This document shows, in pieces, positions 34,108-44,070 of a stretch of 64,000 nt of DNA. Positions within the stretch are counted from its first letter, which is position 1; each line of letters begins with the position of its first letter. Source of the stretch: an uncultured Collinsella sp. (GTDB taxonomy: Bacteria > Spirochaetota > Spirochaetia > Treponematales > Treponemataceae); NCBI GenBank assembly GCA_963613915.1, contig CAVEBK010000003.1, forward strand, positions 1,702 to 65,701, written 5' to 3'. The notes under the pieces were generated by a model. It was not told the DNA's origin and ran no database searches. It saw only the letters and a list, made by a program, of their open reading frames with translations. The translations under genes were made by a program, and so were the position numbers.

Positions 34108-36171
34108 TTAAAGTCCGGCGTTGTCCAGGCCGCCCTGTTTTACCTGGAAGTGTGCAAATTCCATGCTGAAACTTGCCCTGCCCTGGGTTACTGAACGAAG
34201 GTTTGTAGAAAATCCGAACATTTTTGCCATTGGAGCTGTACAGTGGATAATTTCGCCGGTAGATTTTGAATCCTGACCGCTGATAATTCCTCCGCGCTGG
34301 GTAATCTGGCTGATTGCTTCGCCTACAAATTCAACCGGGCAGGTAATATCAACGTTCATTACCGGCTCAAGAATTACTGGCTGAGCCTTTCCTGCAGCTT
34401 CGTCAAAAGCCTGGGCAGCACAGGCCGTAAATGCAAACGGAGTTGCCGTAAGTTCGTTGTAGTCAATTTTTGTAACGGTTACGCCAACATCTGCACAAGG
34501 ATAGCCGTATTGAATTCCTGAAGCAAATGAGTTTTCGATTCCTGCTTTTACAGCATCGTAAATTTCATCCGGAATTTCGCCGCCATGAACAAGGCAGGTA
34601 TAAGTATTTCCTTTTCCCTGTTCATTCTTCTGCAGTTTGATTGAAAGACCTGCATAATTGTCTTTTCCTGCAAGGTTTTTCTCCCAGGTGCAGGATTCTT
34701 CTGCTTCCGTGCTTACAGATTCGCGGTAAGTTACGCGAGGAGCACCAACGTTTGCTTTTACTCCAAAATCGTCCTTCATTCTCGTAACAAGAACATCGAG
34801 ATGTAGTTCGCCCATTCCGCTGATAATAAGCTGACCTGTTTCTGCGTCTTCGTGGCTTGTAAATGTAGGATCTTCGCGGCTCATAACGGCAAGAGTTTCT
34901 ACAAGCTTGTCTTTGTCAGAAAGTGTTTCAGGTTCAATTGCAACGGAAATTACAGGTTCAGGGAACTTTAAGCTTTCGAGCATTACCGGCATTCCTTCTG
35001 AACCAAGAGTGTCTCCAGTTGAAGCAAGTTTTAAGCCGACAAAAACAGCAATATCGCCGGCACTTACGCTGTCCATCTGTTCCATGCGGTTTGCATTTAC
35101 GCGAAGGATTCTGTTTACGCGTTCACGCTTCTTTTTACCGACATTTAAATACTGGCTTCCTGCAGTAAATTTTCCTGAATAAACACGGACAAAGCAGAGC
35201 GCACCCATATCCTTGTCCTGCTGAATCTTAAACACAAGTCCGAGAGGCATTTTTTTTTCGTCGCATGGAACTTCAACTTCTTCTTCCTTATCTTTTTTAA
35301 TGTGAATTCCCTTTGCAGGCGGAACGTCTGTCGGGCATGGAAGATAGTCAATTACAGCATCAATCAATGGCTGAACGCCCTTGTCACGGCGGGCAGAACC
35401 TAAGACACACGGAACTGCAGTGCGGGCAATTGTACAGCGGCGCAGGGCCTGTTTTATCATTTCGTCTGTAATTTCGCCGCCTTCAAGATAAATCATTCCA
35501 AGTTCATCATCTGCAGAAGCAACATCGTCGATCAGTTTATTGCGCCATTTCTGAGCTTCTTCCATTCTTTGTGGAGCAATGTCAGATTCTGTAAAGGTTT
35601 CGCCTTCATCTTCTTCATTCCATCGGATTTCCTTCATTTTGATTAAATCAATAAGGCCTTCAAAATCTTCACCCTGACCAATAGGAATCTGCAGGGCAAT
35701 CGTATTTGCACCGAATTTTTCTTTTACATCGTTAATTGAATAGAAAAAATCTGCCCCGATTCTGTCCATTTTGTTTACAAAACAAAGACGTGGAACATTA
35801 AAACTGTCAGCCTGTCTCCAGACTGTTTCTGTCTGCGGCTGAACTCCGTCAACTGCACAGATTACGGCAACAGCTCCGTCAAGGACACGAAGTGAACGTT
35901 CAACTTCCGCAGTAAAATCTACGTGTCCCGGAGTGTCGATTATATTGATTGTGTATCCGTTCCACTGAGTTGTAATTGCTGCCGAAGCGATTGTAATTCC
36001 GCGTTCCTGTTCCTGCTTCATAAAATCCATTGTTGCAGCGCCGTCGTCGATTTCGCCGATTTTATGAATTTTTCCGGTATAAAAAAGAATGCGTTCTGTA
36101 GTTGTAGTTTTTCCAGCATCAATATGCGCCATAATTCCAATGTTGCGCATTTTCGAAAAATCAATAGCCAT
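34108..36171 (-). CDS. fusA: elongation factor G (stand-alone copy, not in an rpsL-rpsG-fusA context)
   Basis: [21 protein letters not shown]. 687 aa. Confidence 0.9.
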   Translation of the reverse strand: MAIDFSKMRNIGIMAHIDAGKTTTTERILFYTGKIHKIGEIDDGAATMDFMKQEQERGITIASAAITTQWNGYTINIIDTPGHVDFTAEVERSLRVLDGAVAVICAVDGVQPQTETVWRQADSFNVPRLCFVNKMDRIGADFFYSINDVKEKFGANTIALQIPIGQGEDFEGLIDLIKMKEIRWNEEDEGETFTESDIAPQRMEEAQKWRNKLIDDVASADDELGMIYLEGGEITDEMIKQALRRCTIARTAVPCVLGSARRDKGVQPLIDAVIDYLPCPTDVPPAKGIHIKKDKEEEVEVPCDEKKMPLGLVFKIQQDKDMGALCFVRVYSGKFTAGSQYLNVGKKKRERVNRILRVNANRMEQMDSVSAGDIAVFVGLKLASTGDTLGSEGMPVMLESLKFPEPVISVAIEPETLSDKDKLVETLAVMSREDPTFTSHEDAETGQLIISGMGELHLDVLVTRMKDDFGVKANVGAPRVTYRESVSTEAEESCTWEKNLAGKDNYAGLSIKLQKNEQGKGNTYTCLVHGGEIPDEIYDAVKAGIENSFASGIQYGYPCADVGVTVTKIDYNELTATPFAFTACAAQAFDEAAGKAQPVILEPVMNVDITCPVEFVGEAISQITQRGGIISGQDSKSTGEIIHCTAPMAKMFGFSTNLRSVTQGRASFSMEFAHFQVKQGGLDNAGL

Positions 36172-36342
36172 TTTTGTTTCCTGATAAAAAATAAAAAATT
36201 TCAGACGCGATTATATCAAAATCAAAAATCACTAACAATAAGAACTCGAATGTCAGCTTACATAGTTTTACGCTGGTTTCGACTTGGCTCAACCGGCGTA
36301 AAAGTACGCCTGCCACCCGCCCACCAATTCAATTTCTTTTTA

Positions 36343-37002
36343 TTACGGTTCAAGTTCGTCCAGAGAAGTTAAAACTGCCGTGCACATTTTTTTTATTTCG
36401 TCAGTCGGTTGTATCTGATCTGGAACCATTATAACTTTTAAGCCGGCCCTGTATGCAGAAATTACACCGTTCGGGCTGTCTTCGACAGCTGCACAATCCT
36501 GCGGCAGCACACCAACAGAAGCACAGGCCTTCGTATAAATTTCAGGATCCGGCTTAGAGTGTTTTACGCTGTCGCCGCAGGTAAGTGTCTTAAAATATTT
36601 TATAAGCCCGGCCCTTGTAAGCTGGCGTTCCACACTCGTGCGCCTTGTAGAGCTTGCCAGTGCCAGAATACAGCCTTTTTCAGAAAGACGCTTTAAACAT
36701 TCTTCTGCGCCCTTCATTTTTTCTAATCCCTGGGATTCTTCAACCTTATAAAAAAAGGATTTTGCGTATTCATACCATTCTTCTGCTACAAAATTTTTAT
36801 CCTGCTTTTCAAAAAAATCCTGCAGGTTGCGCAGTGTATCCTGGCTTGCCTGCCCTACGCATTTATAATAAACCTCGTCTACATTTTTCAGGCCGCGTTC
36901 TTCTGCCGCAAGTCTCCAGCATTTTTTACAAAGACTTTCCGTATCCAAAAGAACTCCGTCCATATCAAAAATAAATGTTTTTATGTTTTCAATTTCTTTC
37001 AT
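36343..37002 (-). CDS. HAD family hydrolase (beta-phosphoglucomutase/phosphatase-like)
   Basis: FDMDGVLLDTE motif I and a C-terminal ED motif. Confidence 0.85.
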   Translation of the reverse strand: MKEIENIKTFIFDMDGVLLDTESLCKKCWRLAAEERGLKNVDEVYYKCVGQASQDTLRNLQDFFEKQDKNFVAEEWYEYAKSFFYKVEESQGLEKMKGAEECLKRLSEKGCILALASSTRRTSVERQLTRAGLIKYFKTLTCGDSVKHSKPDPEIYTKACASVGVLPQDCAAVEDSPNGVISAYRAGLKVIMVPDQIQPTDEIKKMCTAVLTSLDELEP

Positions 37003-37092
37003 AAAACAAAGTTTAAAAAAAAGATATTTTCAATGCAACCAATGCAAATTAAAAAAAAAATTAATTTTTTTTAATTTTTTATAAAATCGCTA

Positions 37093-37121
37093 TTGACACT
37101 TTTTTTTGATTCGTATAGATT
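37093..37121 (+). promoter_or_regulatory. sigma70-like promoter candidate for the tRNA-Gln/tRNA-Glu unit
   Basis: TTGACA (37093-37098), then TAGATT after a 17-nt spacer (or TATAGA after 15). tRNA-Gln starts at 37138. Confidence 0.45.
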
Positions 37122-37137
37122 ATTGGAACATTCACTT

Positions 37138-37208
37138 TCCCCGATTGTGTAATGGTAGCACTTCAGATTCTGGTTCTGACTGTGGGGGTTCGAATCCTCC
37201 TTGGGGAA
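37138..37208 (+). tRNA. tRNA-Gln (anticodon CUG)
   Basis: Hand-folded cloverleaf: acceptor TCCCCGA/TTGGGGA, anticodon arm TCAGA-TTCTGGT-TCTGA, T-arm GGGGG-TTCGAAT-CCTCC. Confidence 0.85.
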
Positions 37209-37215
37209 TAAAAAG

Positions 37216-37239
37216 AGCTGACTTAAGGTCAGCTTTTTT
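37216..37239 (+). terminator. stem-loop plus T-run between the two tRNAs
   Basis: agctgac-ttaag-gtcagc followed by TTTTTT. Confidence 0.55.
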
Positions 37240-37245
37240 ATTTAT

Positions 37246-37318
37246 GGCTCCATCGAATATCGGTTCAGTTCATCGCCCTCTCAAGGCGGAGAGACGGGTT
37301 CGACTCCCGTTGGAGCTA
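37246..37318 (+). tRNA. tRNA-Glu (anticodon CUC)
   Basis: Acceptor GGCTCCA/TGGAGCT, D-arm GAAT..GTTC, anticodon arm TCGCC-CTCTCAA-GGCGG, T-arm ACGGG-TTCGACT-CCCGT. The anticodon arm resembles the canonical tRNA-Glu sequence CGCCCTTTCACGGCG. Confidence 0.8.
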
Positions 37319-37411
37319 AAAAACAAAAAATCGAGACAGAAAGACATCCATTGGGGTGTCTTTTTTTTATGCGAGACAGAAAAACGGAGTCGAACCGCGG
37401 AGCGAGCGCGC
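37299..37411 (+). repeat. 113-bp direct repeat, copy 1 (starts in the T-loop of tRNA-Glu)
   Basis: Identical by eye to 37500..37612. The offset is 201 bp. Confidence 0.9.
37343..37368 (+). terminator. rho-independent terminator after tRNA-Glu (duplicated at 37544..37569)
   Basis: gacatcc-attg-gggtgtc followed by T8. Confidence 0.7.
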
Positions 37412-37499
37412 CGGCGAGGCGAAAAGGTGCCAAGGATGGCACCGCCAGCGAGCGTAGACGGCCCGGTGGGAGCAGACACGACGTCTGCGACCAGAGGGC

Positions 37500-37612
37500 T
37501 TCGACTCCCGTTGGAGCTAAAAAACAAAAAATCGAGACAGAAAGACATCCATTGGGGTGTCTTTTTTTTATGCGAGACAGAAAAACGGAGTCGAACCGCG
37601 GAGCGAGCGCGC
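37500..37612 (+). repeat. 113-bp direct repeat, copy 2 (tRNA-Glu 3' fragment plus terminator plus downstream sequence)
   Basis: ttcgactcccgttggagcta..gagcgagcgcgc repeated exactly. No matching 5' acceptor strand lies upstream, so this is a tRNA fragment and not a gene. Confidence 0.9.
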
Positions 37613-37631
37613 ACAATGCAAAGCTCTTACC

Positions 37632-37660
37632 TTGAAAAACCTTTCAATCTTCCGTAAAAT
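37632..37660 (+). promoter_or_regulatory. sigma70-like promoter candidate for rsgA (TTGAAA-17-TAAAAT)
   Basis: The -10 ends 7 nt before the rsgA ATG (37668). No Shine-Dalgarno is visible. Confidence 0.45.
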
Positions 37661-37667
37661 CAACTTT

Positions 37668-38654
37668 ATGAATCATCTGACAGGAACCGTCCTTAGCGGC
37701 TCAAACAACGTTTTTGATGTTGAATCAGTTTCCGACGAAGACGGAAGTTTTATAGTACGCTCATGCGCCCTCAAAAGTAAAAGATTAAAATCAGACAAAA
37801 AATACTACAATCCGCTCGCTCCGGGCGACATTGTCGAAATTGAAGTAGCCAGTCTTGAAGAAAAAAAAGGTCAGATAACGGCTTTAGTTCCACGCAAAAA
37901 TGAATTTGTACGCTGGAACGTAAAGGGGCGTTCTCCACAGCTTCTTGCAGCAAACCTCGACTACATAATTCTTGTAACAACCCCGGGTGAACCGGACTTC
38001 CGCCCGCGCTTTATAGACCGCGAACTTGTGCAGGCAGAACGTCAGGGAATCGAACCTGTAATCCTTATAAATAAATGTGATCTTCCTTCTGCCCAGGATC
38101 CGGACTTTTTAAACCAGGTAAGCATATGGGAAGGTCTTGGCTATAAAGTCATGAAGATTTCTGCAAAAACAGGCGAAGGCCTGGTTGAATTTGCCAGCCT
38201 TATTCACAATAAACTCAGTGCCCTTGTCGGACAGTCTGGAGTTGGAAAATCTTCCCTCGTAAACGTTCTTGACGACACCGTTGTCTTAAAAACAGGAAGC
38301 CTTTCCAAAAAATACGGAAAAGGAAGCCACACGACAACAAAGGGAACTCTTTTACATATAAAGCTAAACGAATCCTTAACAGGCGGAATCCACGGACCAG
38401 TTGCTTCAATCATCGACACTCCGGGAGTCAGAAGATTTGTCCTGCACGGAATAGAAGCCGACGACCTTGCACTTTATTTCAGGGAAATGGCACCTTTAAT
38501 CGGAAAATGCAATTTTGGCTTAAGCTGCACGCACACGACAGAGCCGGGCTGCAAAATCCAGGAAGCCGTGTATTCCGGCGTTATAAGCGAAGAACGGTTT
38601 GAAAGCTGGAAAAGAATCAGCGAAGAAATAAAAAGCGGCAACTGGACAGACTAA
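37668..38654 (+). CDS. rsgA: ribosome small-subunit-dependent GTPase A
   Basis: NKCDL, GQSGVGKSSL and a C-terminal Zn motif CNFGLSCTHTTEPGC. Start moved to 37668, because the upstream part of the ORF lies in the duplicated tRNA region. Confidence 0.9.
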   Translation: MNHLTGTVLSGSNNVFDVESVSDEDGSFIVRSCALKSKRLKSDKKYYNPLAPGDIVEIEVASLEEKKGQITALVPRKNEFVRWNVKGRSPQLLAANLDYIILVTTPGEPDFRPRFIDRELVQAERQGIEPVILINKCDLPSAQDPDFLNQVSIWEGLGYKVMKISAKTGEGLVEFASLIHNKLSALVGQSGVGKSSLVNVLDDTVVLKTGSLSKKYGKGSHTTTKGTLLHIKLNESLTGGIHGPVASIIDTPGVRRFVLHGIEADDLALYFREMAPLIGKCNFGLSCTHTTEPGCKIQEAVYSGVISEERFESWKRISEEIKSGNWTD

Positions 38655-38658
38655 AAAA

Positions 38659-41268
38659 ATGTGGCATCAAAAAACACTCGAAGATCTTGCATATTTCAGA
38701 ATCCGCGACACAATTGCCGGATTTTGTGCAGGCGAAGAATCTTCACAATTATTAAAAACAAAACTTCCACTCACTCAGACAGACAAAATTGAAGAATTAA
38801 AAAATTTAAGCCGTGAATGGGAAAGAATTTTAAACACAAAAACAAATGCAGGAATAAAAAGCTGGGGACCGATTCACTCTTTCTTAAAATTTTTAAAAGT
38901 TGAAGGAACAACTCTTGAACAGAGCCAGATTTTTGCAATCCTGCAGTTTGCAGCTTCTGCCCTGGAAGCAGAAAATTCAATAAACTTAGCTTCAAAAACT
39001 TTAAGCGTAAAAAAACTTCTTTCTCTTGCTCAAAGCCTTAATTTACAGGAACTTTCTGCCGTTAAAAACGAAATTTCAAGGGTTTTAGACAAAGACGGGC
39101 AGTTAAAAGATCTTCCTGTCTTAAGGGAAATCCGTTCAAACATTGCACGCCTCCACACGGAAATTGCAAGTGCACTGAAAAAATACACAAGCGATTCAAG
39201 TTTAGCACCCGCCCTTGCAAGTAACGTTCCGGCATTCCGTGCAGACCGCCAGGTTCTTGCTGTAAAAGCAAATATGAGAACACGCATCAGCGGAATTGTG
39301 CACGAAGTAAGTTCCTCAGGGCAGACAATCTTTGTTGAACCAGACGAGGTTGTAAGAAAGAACAACGAACTTATTCAGGAAGAATTCCACCTGCAAAGCG
39401 AAACCCGAAAGATTTTTACAGAACTTACGGCAAAACTTTCGCCATACACAGAAAGCCTGCGCCTTTCCTTAAAAGTTTTAATAAAGCTCGACCAGACATG
39501 CGCAGCAGCCCGCTGGGGAATTGCAAACAACTGCACTTATGCACTTTTGTGCCGGCAGGAAGACGGCTCTTTTATTCCTCCTGCATTAAACGCAGCACGG
39601 CATCCTTTACTTGGAGAAAAGGCAGTTCCAATAGACATGAAATTTCTTCCGGAAAAAAGAGTCTTAATAATTACAGGTCCAAACACCGGCGGAAAAACAG
39701 TAAGCTTAAAAACATTCGCCCTTTTTGCATTATTAAACCAGACTGGATTCCCGCTTCCGGCAAAAGACGGAACAAGACTGCCTGTATTTAATTCACTTTT
39801 TGCAGACATTGGCGACGAACAGTCAATTGACCAGAGTCTTTCAACTTTTTCTGCCCACATGAAAAACATTGCAGCAGCCGTAAAGCATGCAGACGAAAAA
39901 AGCCTTGTTCTTCTCGACGAATTAGGCAGCGGAACCGACCCTCAGGAAGGAGGAGCAATCGGAATGGCAGTCTTAGACCAGCTCATAAAGGCAAAAGCCT
40001 TTGTTCTGGTTACAACTCACCACGGAATCCTGAAAAACTACGGCTACACAAACTCGTACTGCATCAACGCAAGCGTAGATTTTGACAGCGACACCTTAAG
40101 CCCGAATTACCGTCTTTTAATGGGAATTCCGGGAGAAAGCCACGCCCTCGACATTGCAAAGCGTTCAGGGCTTCCGGCAGCAACAGTAGAAAAGGCAAAA
40201 GAATACATTCAAAGCGAGCAGGCCGACGTAAGCACCCTCATAAAAGGTCTTACAGAAAAACACGTCCAGGTTGCAAAACTCGAAAAAGAAGCAAAGGCAC
40301 GAGAAAGACAGCTGGCAGAAAAAGAATTAAAATTCCAGCAGAAAATGCAGAAACTCCAGGAACGCGAACTTGAATTAAAAGAAAGGGAACAGCTTGAATC
40401 CGGCATTTTCGTAAGCGAAACCCGCAGAAAGCTGGAAAACCTCGTACGCACACTGCGCGAAGGAGAAATCAACCGCGAAAAAACACTCAGCGTAAAAACT
40501 TTCTTAAACGAGCTTACGCACAAAGTTGAACAAAACGAAGAGCAGATCGAAGCAGAAAAACTCCGCCTCGAAAAACAAAAAGAAGAACTCGAACAAAAAC
40601 TCCGCAACGCACCAGTCAGGGCAGAAAACGGAATGCTCATAACTCAGGGTTCTCTGGACAAAAAAAATTCAAGCAAGAAAACAAAGAAAAAGCTGAGTAA
40701 CTCAGAAGCACTCGCACTTGCAAAAAGCACGTATTCACAGGACGAAGCCGACAAACTAAGCGCACAGGCTTCTTCAGCCTTTGTAACAAAGGTTCTGCCA
40801 GAGCAGGATATTCCTCTGGAGTTTAAGGCAGGAGCTGAAGTATTGCACCGTCTTACAAAAAGAAGGGGAAACTTAATTTCTCAGACAAAAAAAGGCGTGT
40901 GGTCGGTTCAGCTGGGTTCAATCCGCATGGAATTAAAGGAAAAAGATCTTGAACTCGTAAAACCGTCTGTTGTGCGTGCAACCGTAAGCATAGAACTTTC
41001 AGAAGACGCCAGCGGTCAGGCAAAACCTGTTTTTGAACTCCGCCTTTTAGGAATGCGAGAAGAAGAAGCAATAAAGGCATTGGCCCGCCAGTTAGATCTC
41101 TGTCAGATTCACAATTTTAAAAACTTTTCGATTATTCACGGAAAAGGAAACGGCATTTTGCAGCAGTCAGTTCAGAATTATCTGTCGCAGTATCCTGCCG
41201 TAAAGGATTTTCATTATGCAGAACCTGAAGACGGGGGCTTTGGAAAAACCTACGTTGAATTAAGTTAG
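38659..41268 (+). CDS. mutS2: endonuclease MutS2
   Basis: GPNTGGKT Walker A, a long coiled-coil segment, and a C-terminal Smr domain (IIHGKGNGILQ). Confidence 0.9.
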   Translation: MWHQKTLEDLAYFRIRDTIAGFCAGEESSQLLKTKLPLTQTDKIEELKNLSREWERILNTKTNAGIKSWGPIHSFLKFLKVEGTTLEQSQIFAILQFAASALEAENSINLASKTLSVKKLLSLAQSLNLQELSAVKNEISRVLDKDGQLKDLPVLREIRSNIARLHTEIASALKKYTSDSSLAPALASNVPAFRADRQVLAVKANMRTRISGIVHEVSSSGQTIFVEPDEVVRKNNELIQEEFHLQSETRKIFTELTAKLSPYTESLRLSLKVLIKLDQTCAAARWGIANNCTYALLCRQEDGSFIPPALNAARHPLLGEKAVPIDMKFLPEKRVLIITGPNTGGKTVSLKTFALFALLNQTGFPLPAKDGTRLPVFNSLFADIGDEQSIDQSLSTFSAHMKNIAAAVKHADEKSLVLLDELGSGTDPQEGGAIGMAVLDQLIKAKAFVLVTTHHGILKNYGYTNSYCINASVDFDSDTLSPNYRLLMGIPGESHALDIAKRSGLPAATVEKAKEYIQSEQADVSTLIKGLTEKHVQVAKLEKEAKARERQLAEKELKFQQKMQKLQERELELKEREQLESGIFVSETRRKLENLVRTLREGEINREKTLSVKTFLNELTHKVEQNEEQIEAEKLRLEKQKEELEQKLRNAPVRAENGMLITQGSLDKKNSSKKTKKKLSNSEALALAKSTYSQDEADKLSAQASSAFVTKVLPEQDIPLEFKAGAEVLHRLTKRRGNLISQTKKGVWSVQLGSIRMELKEKDLELVKPSVVRATVSIELSEDASGQAKPVFELRLLGMREEEAIKALARQLDLCQIHNFKNFSIIHGKGNGILQQSVQNYLSQYPAVKDFHYAEPEDGGFGKTYVELS

Positions 41269-41270
41269 GG

Positions 41271-41440
41271 AGGGGAAAGCCTTCCCCTGCGCGCAAAAAG
41301 AACAGTTTCCACAACCCAAACTTTTCTGCAATATTGCGCCAAGGACGGCGCGTAAGTTTTAGTTGACCGCAAGAAACAACGTTTCTTGACACAACACGAA
41401 GTTGTGACCCTTCGCCTAGGGGCTTACGCCCCTAAAACCC
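41271..41440 (+). repeat. GC-rich structured intergenic element, copy R9 (between convergent mutS2 and thrA ends)
   Basis: aggggaa-agcc-ttcccct, gcgcc-aaggac-ggcgc, caagaaac/gtttcttg, cacaac-acgaa-gttgtg, aggggc-ttac-gcccct. Confidence 0.7.
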
Positions 41441-41445
41441 CAGTT

Positions 41446-43941
41446 TTATTTACTGAGATTAAAGCTTACAGTCCTTAAAACATCGCCAAAGACACCGGCT
41501 GCAGTAACCCCGGCTCCTGCACCGTAACCGCGTACAGTCAGAGGAATTGGTGTGTAGCGTGCAGTTTCAAAGACGAATGCATTTTCTCCGCCTTTTACGC
41601 CGTACAGAGGATCATTCACGCCGACTTCGAGCATTCCGACAGAAACCTTGCCTTCTCTAATCGAAGCCCCCATTCTAAGAACCTTGCCTTCTTTTTTAAG
41701 TGCAGCCATTTTTTCTTCAAAGTAAGAATCAACTTCACTTAAGCGTGCCATAAATTCATCAACACTTCCTTCGATCGAAAAATCTTCCGGGAAGATTGAA
41801 TTCATCTTTATGTCAGAAAGTTCAATTTCAATTCCAGATTCGCGGGCAATGATCATTGCCTTGCGGGCAACGTCTGTGCCCTTTAAGTCGTCGCGTGGAT
41901 CCGGTTCAGTAAAGCGCATTTCTTTAGCTTCTTTTACGGCTTCGCTAAACTTTTTGCCTTCATCGAGTTTTCCAAAAATATAGGAAAGAGAGCCCGACAT
42001 AATTCCACTAAAGCCGACAAGTCTGTCACCGGATTTAAACAGATTCTGCAGGGTATCGATTATCGGAAGTCCTGCACCAACGTTTGTTTCGTAAAGGAAG
42101 CGCACATGATTTTTATTTGCAGTTTCGCGGAGCTTTTTGTAATAATCCATGCTCATTGAATTTGCGCGTTTGTTTGGAGTTGCAATGTTCATTCCTGCGT
42201 TAAGGATATCAAGATAACGTTCAGGCAGATCATAGCTTGCAGTACAGTCAACAAAAATCGGATTTAAAGGCTTTGTTTCCTTTACAAACTTTAAGATTTC
42301 ATCAAGATTTGTTTTCTTTCCGGATGCAGCAACTTTCTGTCTCCAGTCGGTTAAATCAAGGCCGTTTCCGTCGAGCAGCATTCCGCTCAATGTAGAAATA
42401 CAGCAGACCTTTATATCAATATTCTGTTCCTTAAGTTTTTTCTGCTGTTCAAAAATCTGATCAAGCAGTGCTCCGCCAATTGTTCCAGCTCCAAAAGCAA
42501 AAACTTCAACAGGCTGAGTCGTATTAAAGAAAAAGCGGTGTGTCGTCTTTACTGCAATGTCGCCATATTCACCGGCAATTACAGTAGAAATTGAGCGTTC
42601 GCTTGAGCCCTGGGCAATTGCAAGAATGTTTATGCTGCGGCTTGAAAGTGCATTAAAGAATTTTCCTGCAACCCCGCGGTTTTCCTTCATTCCGTCTCCG
42701 ACGATCGAAACGATTGCACAGTTTTCAATTACGCTTACAGGATTGATTACTCCTTCGCGGATTTCAAAGGCAAATTCTGCTTCAAGAACATCTTTTACCA
42801 AAACCGCCTGAGCCTGTCTTACACAAAACGAAATCGTATATTCAGAAGAAGACTGAGTAATTAAAAGCATGCTGATTCCGGCACGGCTTACGGCTGCAAA
42901 AATCCGGCTTGCAATACCTGTCTTTCCTTTCATTCCGCCGCCGCTTACAGAAACAAGGGCAGTATTTTTTAAGCAGGAAATTCCACAGACAGGACCAACA
43001 TTTTTTTCTGACTCAAACGGGCCACGGCCGATTCTTGTTCCGCGTGCAGAAGGATTATGAGAATTTAAGCTCCACGCTTCTATTCCTTTTGCAACGAGGG
43101 GAGCCAGGGTTTTTGGATGAAGGACTTTTGAACCAAAGAAAGAAAGTTCCATTGCTTCTTCGTAAGTCATGTCATCAACTAAAATTGCATCGCTTACAAC
43201 GCGCGGGTCTGCTGTATAGATTCCGTCAACGTCCGTCCAGAATTCAACCTTAGTGGCAGAAAGGCTCGAACCGATTATTGCAGCAGAAAAGTCAGAACCA
43301 TTACGTCCTAAAAGACCCATTTTCGGTTCATCTTCCGCATGAGCTGTCCAAGCACACACAAAACCTGGAAAAAGAAGGATCTGTGCCTGGCCTGCTTCTG
43401 CTCCGTCGCGGTAAGATCCCAGGGCATCGCTTGTGCGGGCATAGTCCGGGTCACATTCTTTCTGGTTTCCTGTTCCAAAGATAAATTTGCGGCTGTCTAA
43501 AACAAGAACGTTCTGTTTTTTAGCAAGAAGAATTGCATTTACGATTGGAACACAGCACAATTCTCCCATTCCCATAATGCGGCAATGAATTGATTCAGGG
43601 CATTCTCCAAAAGAAGCAACGCCTGCAAGAAGCTTTTCAAGTTCTGTAAAGTTTGGTTCAATTTTTGCCATTGTTGAAGCGGCATCAAAGCCTTCAACTG
43701 CTGACTGGAGTTCAGCACAGATTTCTTCGTGAGTTTTCTTTATGTTATTAACAAAATTTGACGGCTGAGCACCCTGAATACACCCGTCAATTGCAGCCTG
43801 CAGGGCATTAGAAACCCCGGCAACAGCAGAAACGACAACGCTGATTCTGCCGGTCTTTGCACGACCAGTCATAATATCCACAGAATCAAGCATTCTGCGG
43901 GCTGAACCCATAGATGTACCACCAAATTTTAACGTAAGCAT
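41446..43941 (-). CDS. thrA: bifunctional aspartokinase / homoserine dehydrogenase
   Basis: 831 aa. N-terminal KFGGTSMG aspartokinase, ACT region, C-terminal homoserine dehydrogenase. Confidence 0.9.
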   Translation of the reverse strand: MLTLKFGGTSMGSARRMLDSVDIMTGRAKTGRISVVVSAVAGVSNALQAAIDGCIQGAQPSNFVNNIKKTHEEICAELQSAVEGFDAASTMAKIEPNFTELEKLLAGVASFGECPESIHCRIMGMGELCCVPIVNAILLAKKQNVLVLDSRKFIFGTGNQKECDPDYARTSDALGSYRDGAEAGQAQILLFPGFVCAWTAHAEDEPKMGLLGRNGSDFSAAIIGSSLSATKVEFWTDVDGIYTADPRVVSDAILVDDMTYEEAMELSFFGSKVLHPKTLAPLVAKGIEAWSLNSHNPSARGTRIGRGPFESEKNVGPVCGISCLKNTALVSVSGGGMKGKTGIASRIFAAVSRAGISMLLITQSSSEYTISFCVRQAQAVLVKDVLEAEFAFEIREGVINPVSVIENCAIVSIVGDGMKENRGVAGKFFNALSSRSINILAIAQGSSERSISTVIAGEYGDIAVKTTHRFFFNTTQPVEVFAFGAGTIGGALLDQIFEQQKKLKEQNIDIKVCCISTLSGMLLDGNGLDLTDWRQKVAASGKKTNLDEILKFVKETKPLNPIFVDCTASYDLPERYLDILNAGMNIATPNKRANSMSMDYYKKLRETANKNHVRFLYETNVGAGLPIIDTLQNLFKSGDRLVGFSGIMSGSLSYIFGKLDEGKKFSEAVKEAKEMRFTEPDPRDDLKGTDVARKAMIIARESGIEIELSDIKMNSIFPEDFSIEGSVDEFMARLSEVDSYFEEKMAALKKEGKVLRMGASIREGKVSVGMLEVGVNDPLYGVKGGENAFVFETARYTPIPLTVRGYGAGAGVTAAGVFGDVLRTVSFNLSK

Positions 43942-44070
43942 ACAAACCTCAAACAGCGGAAAAGAAAGTTCGCTTAAAAAATAATTTCCGTAAAGTATAA
44001 TGAAATAAAAAATCAGTTACAACAAAGAGTTTTTTACTGGTTGAATGCCAGGCTTCAATAAAAATAAATC

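Noticed and set aside
37246-37318. Possible tRNA-Sec, because TCA occurs in the anticodon loop region.
   Set aside because: A standard 7/5 cloverleaf with a 4-nt variable region fits. The 7-nt loop CTCTCAA places CTC at positions 34-36. There is no 8-bp acceptor stem or long variable arm.
37480-37520. A possible second tRNA or tmRNA 3' end (TTCGACTCCCGTTGGAGCTA).
   Set aside because: No complementary 5' acceptor strand (GGCTCCA or AGCTCCA) and no D or anticodon arm lie upstream. I interpret it as a duplicated tRNA-Glu 3' fragment.
37299-37612. An integrated mobile element at tRNA-Glu.
   Set aside because: Only 88 bp separate the repeats and there is no integrase or cargo. I report it as a scar or duplication, not as a mobile element.
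37106-37657. A 183-aa plus-strand ORF and 111-114 aa antisense ORFs.
   Set aside because: They run straight through two tRNA genes, their terminators and the 113-bp duplication. The internally repeated peptide simply reflects the DNA repeat.
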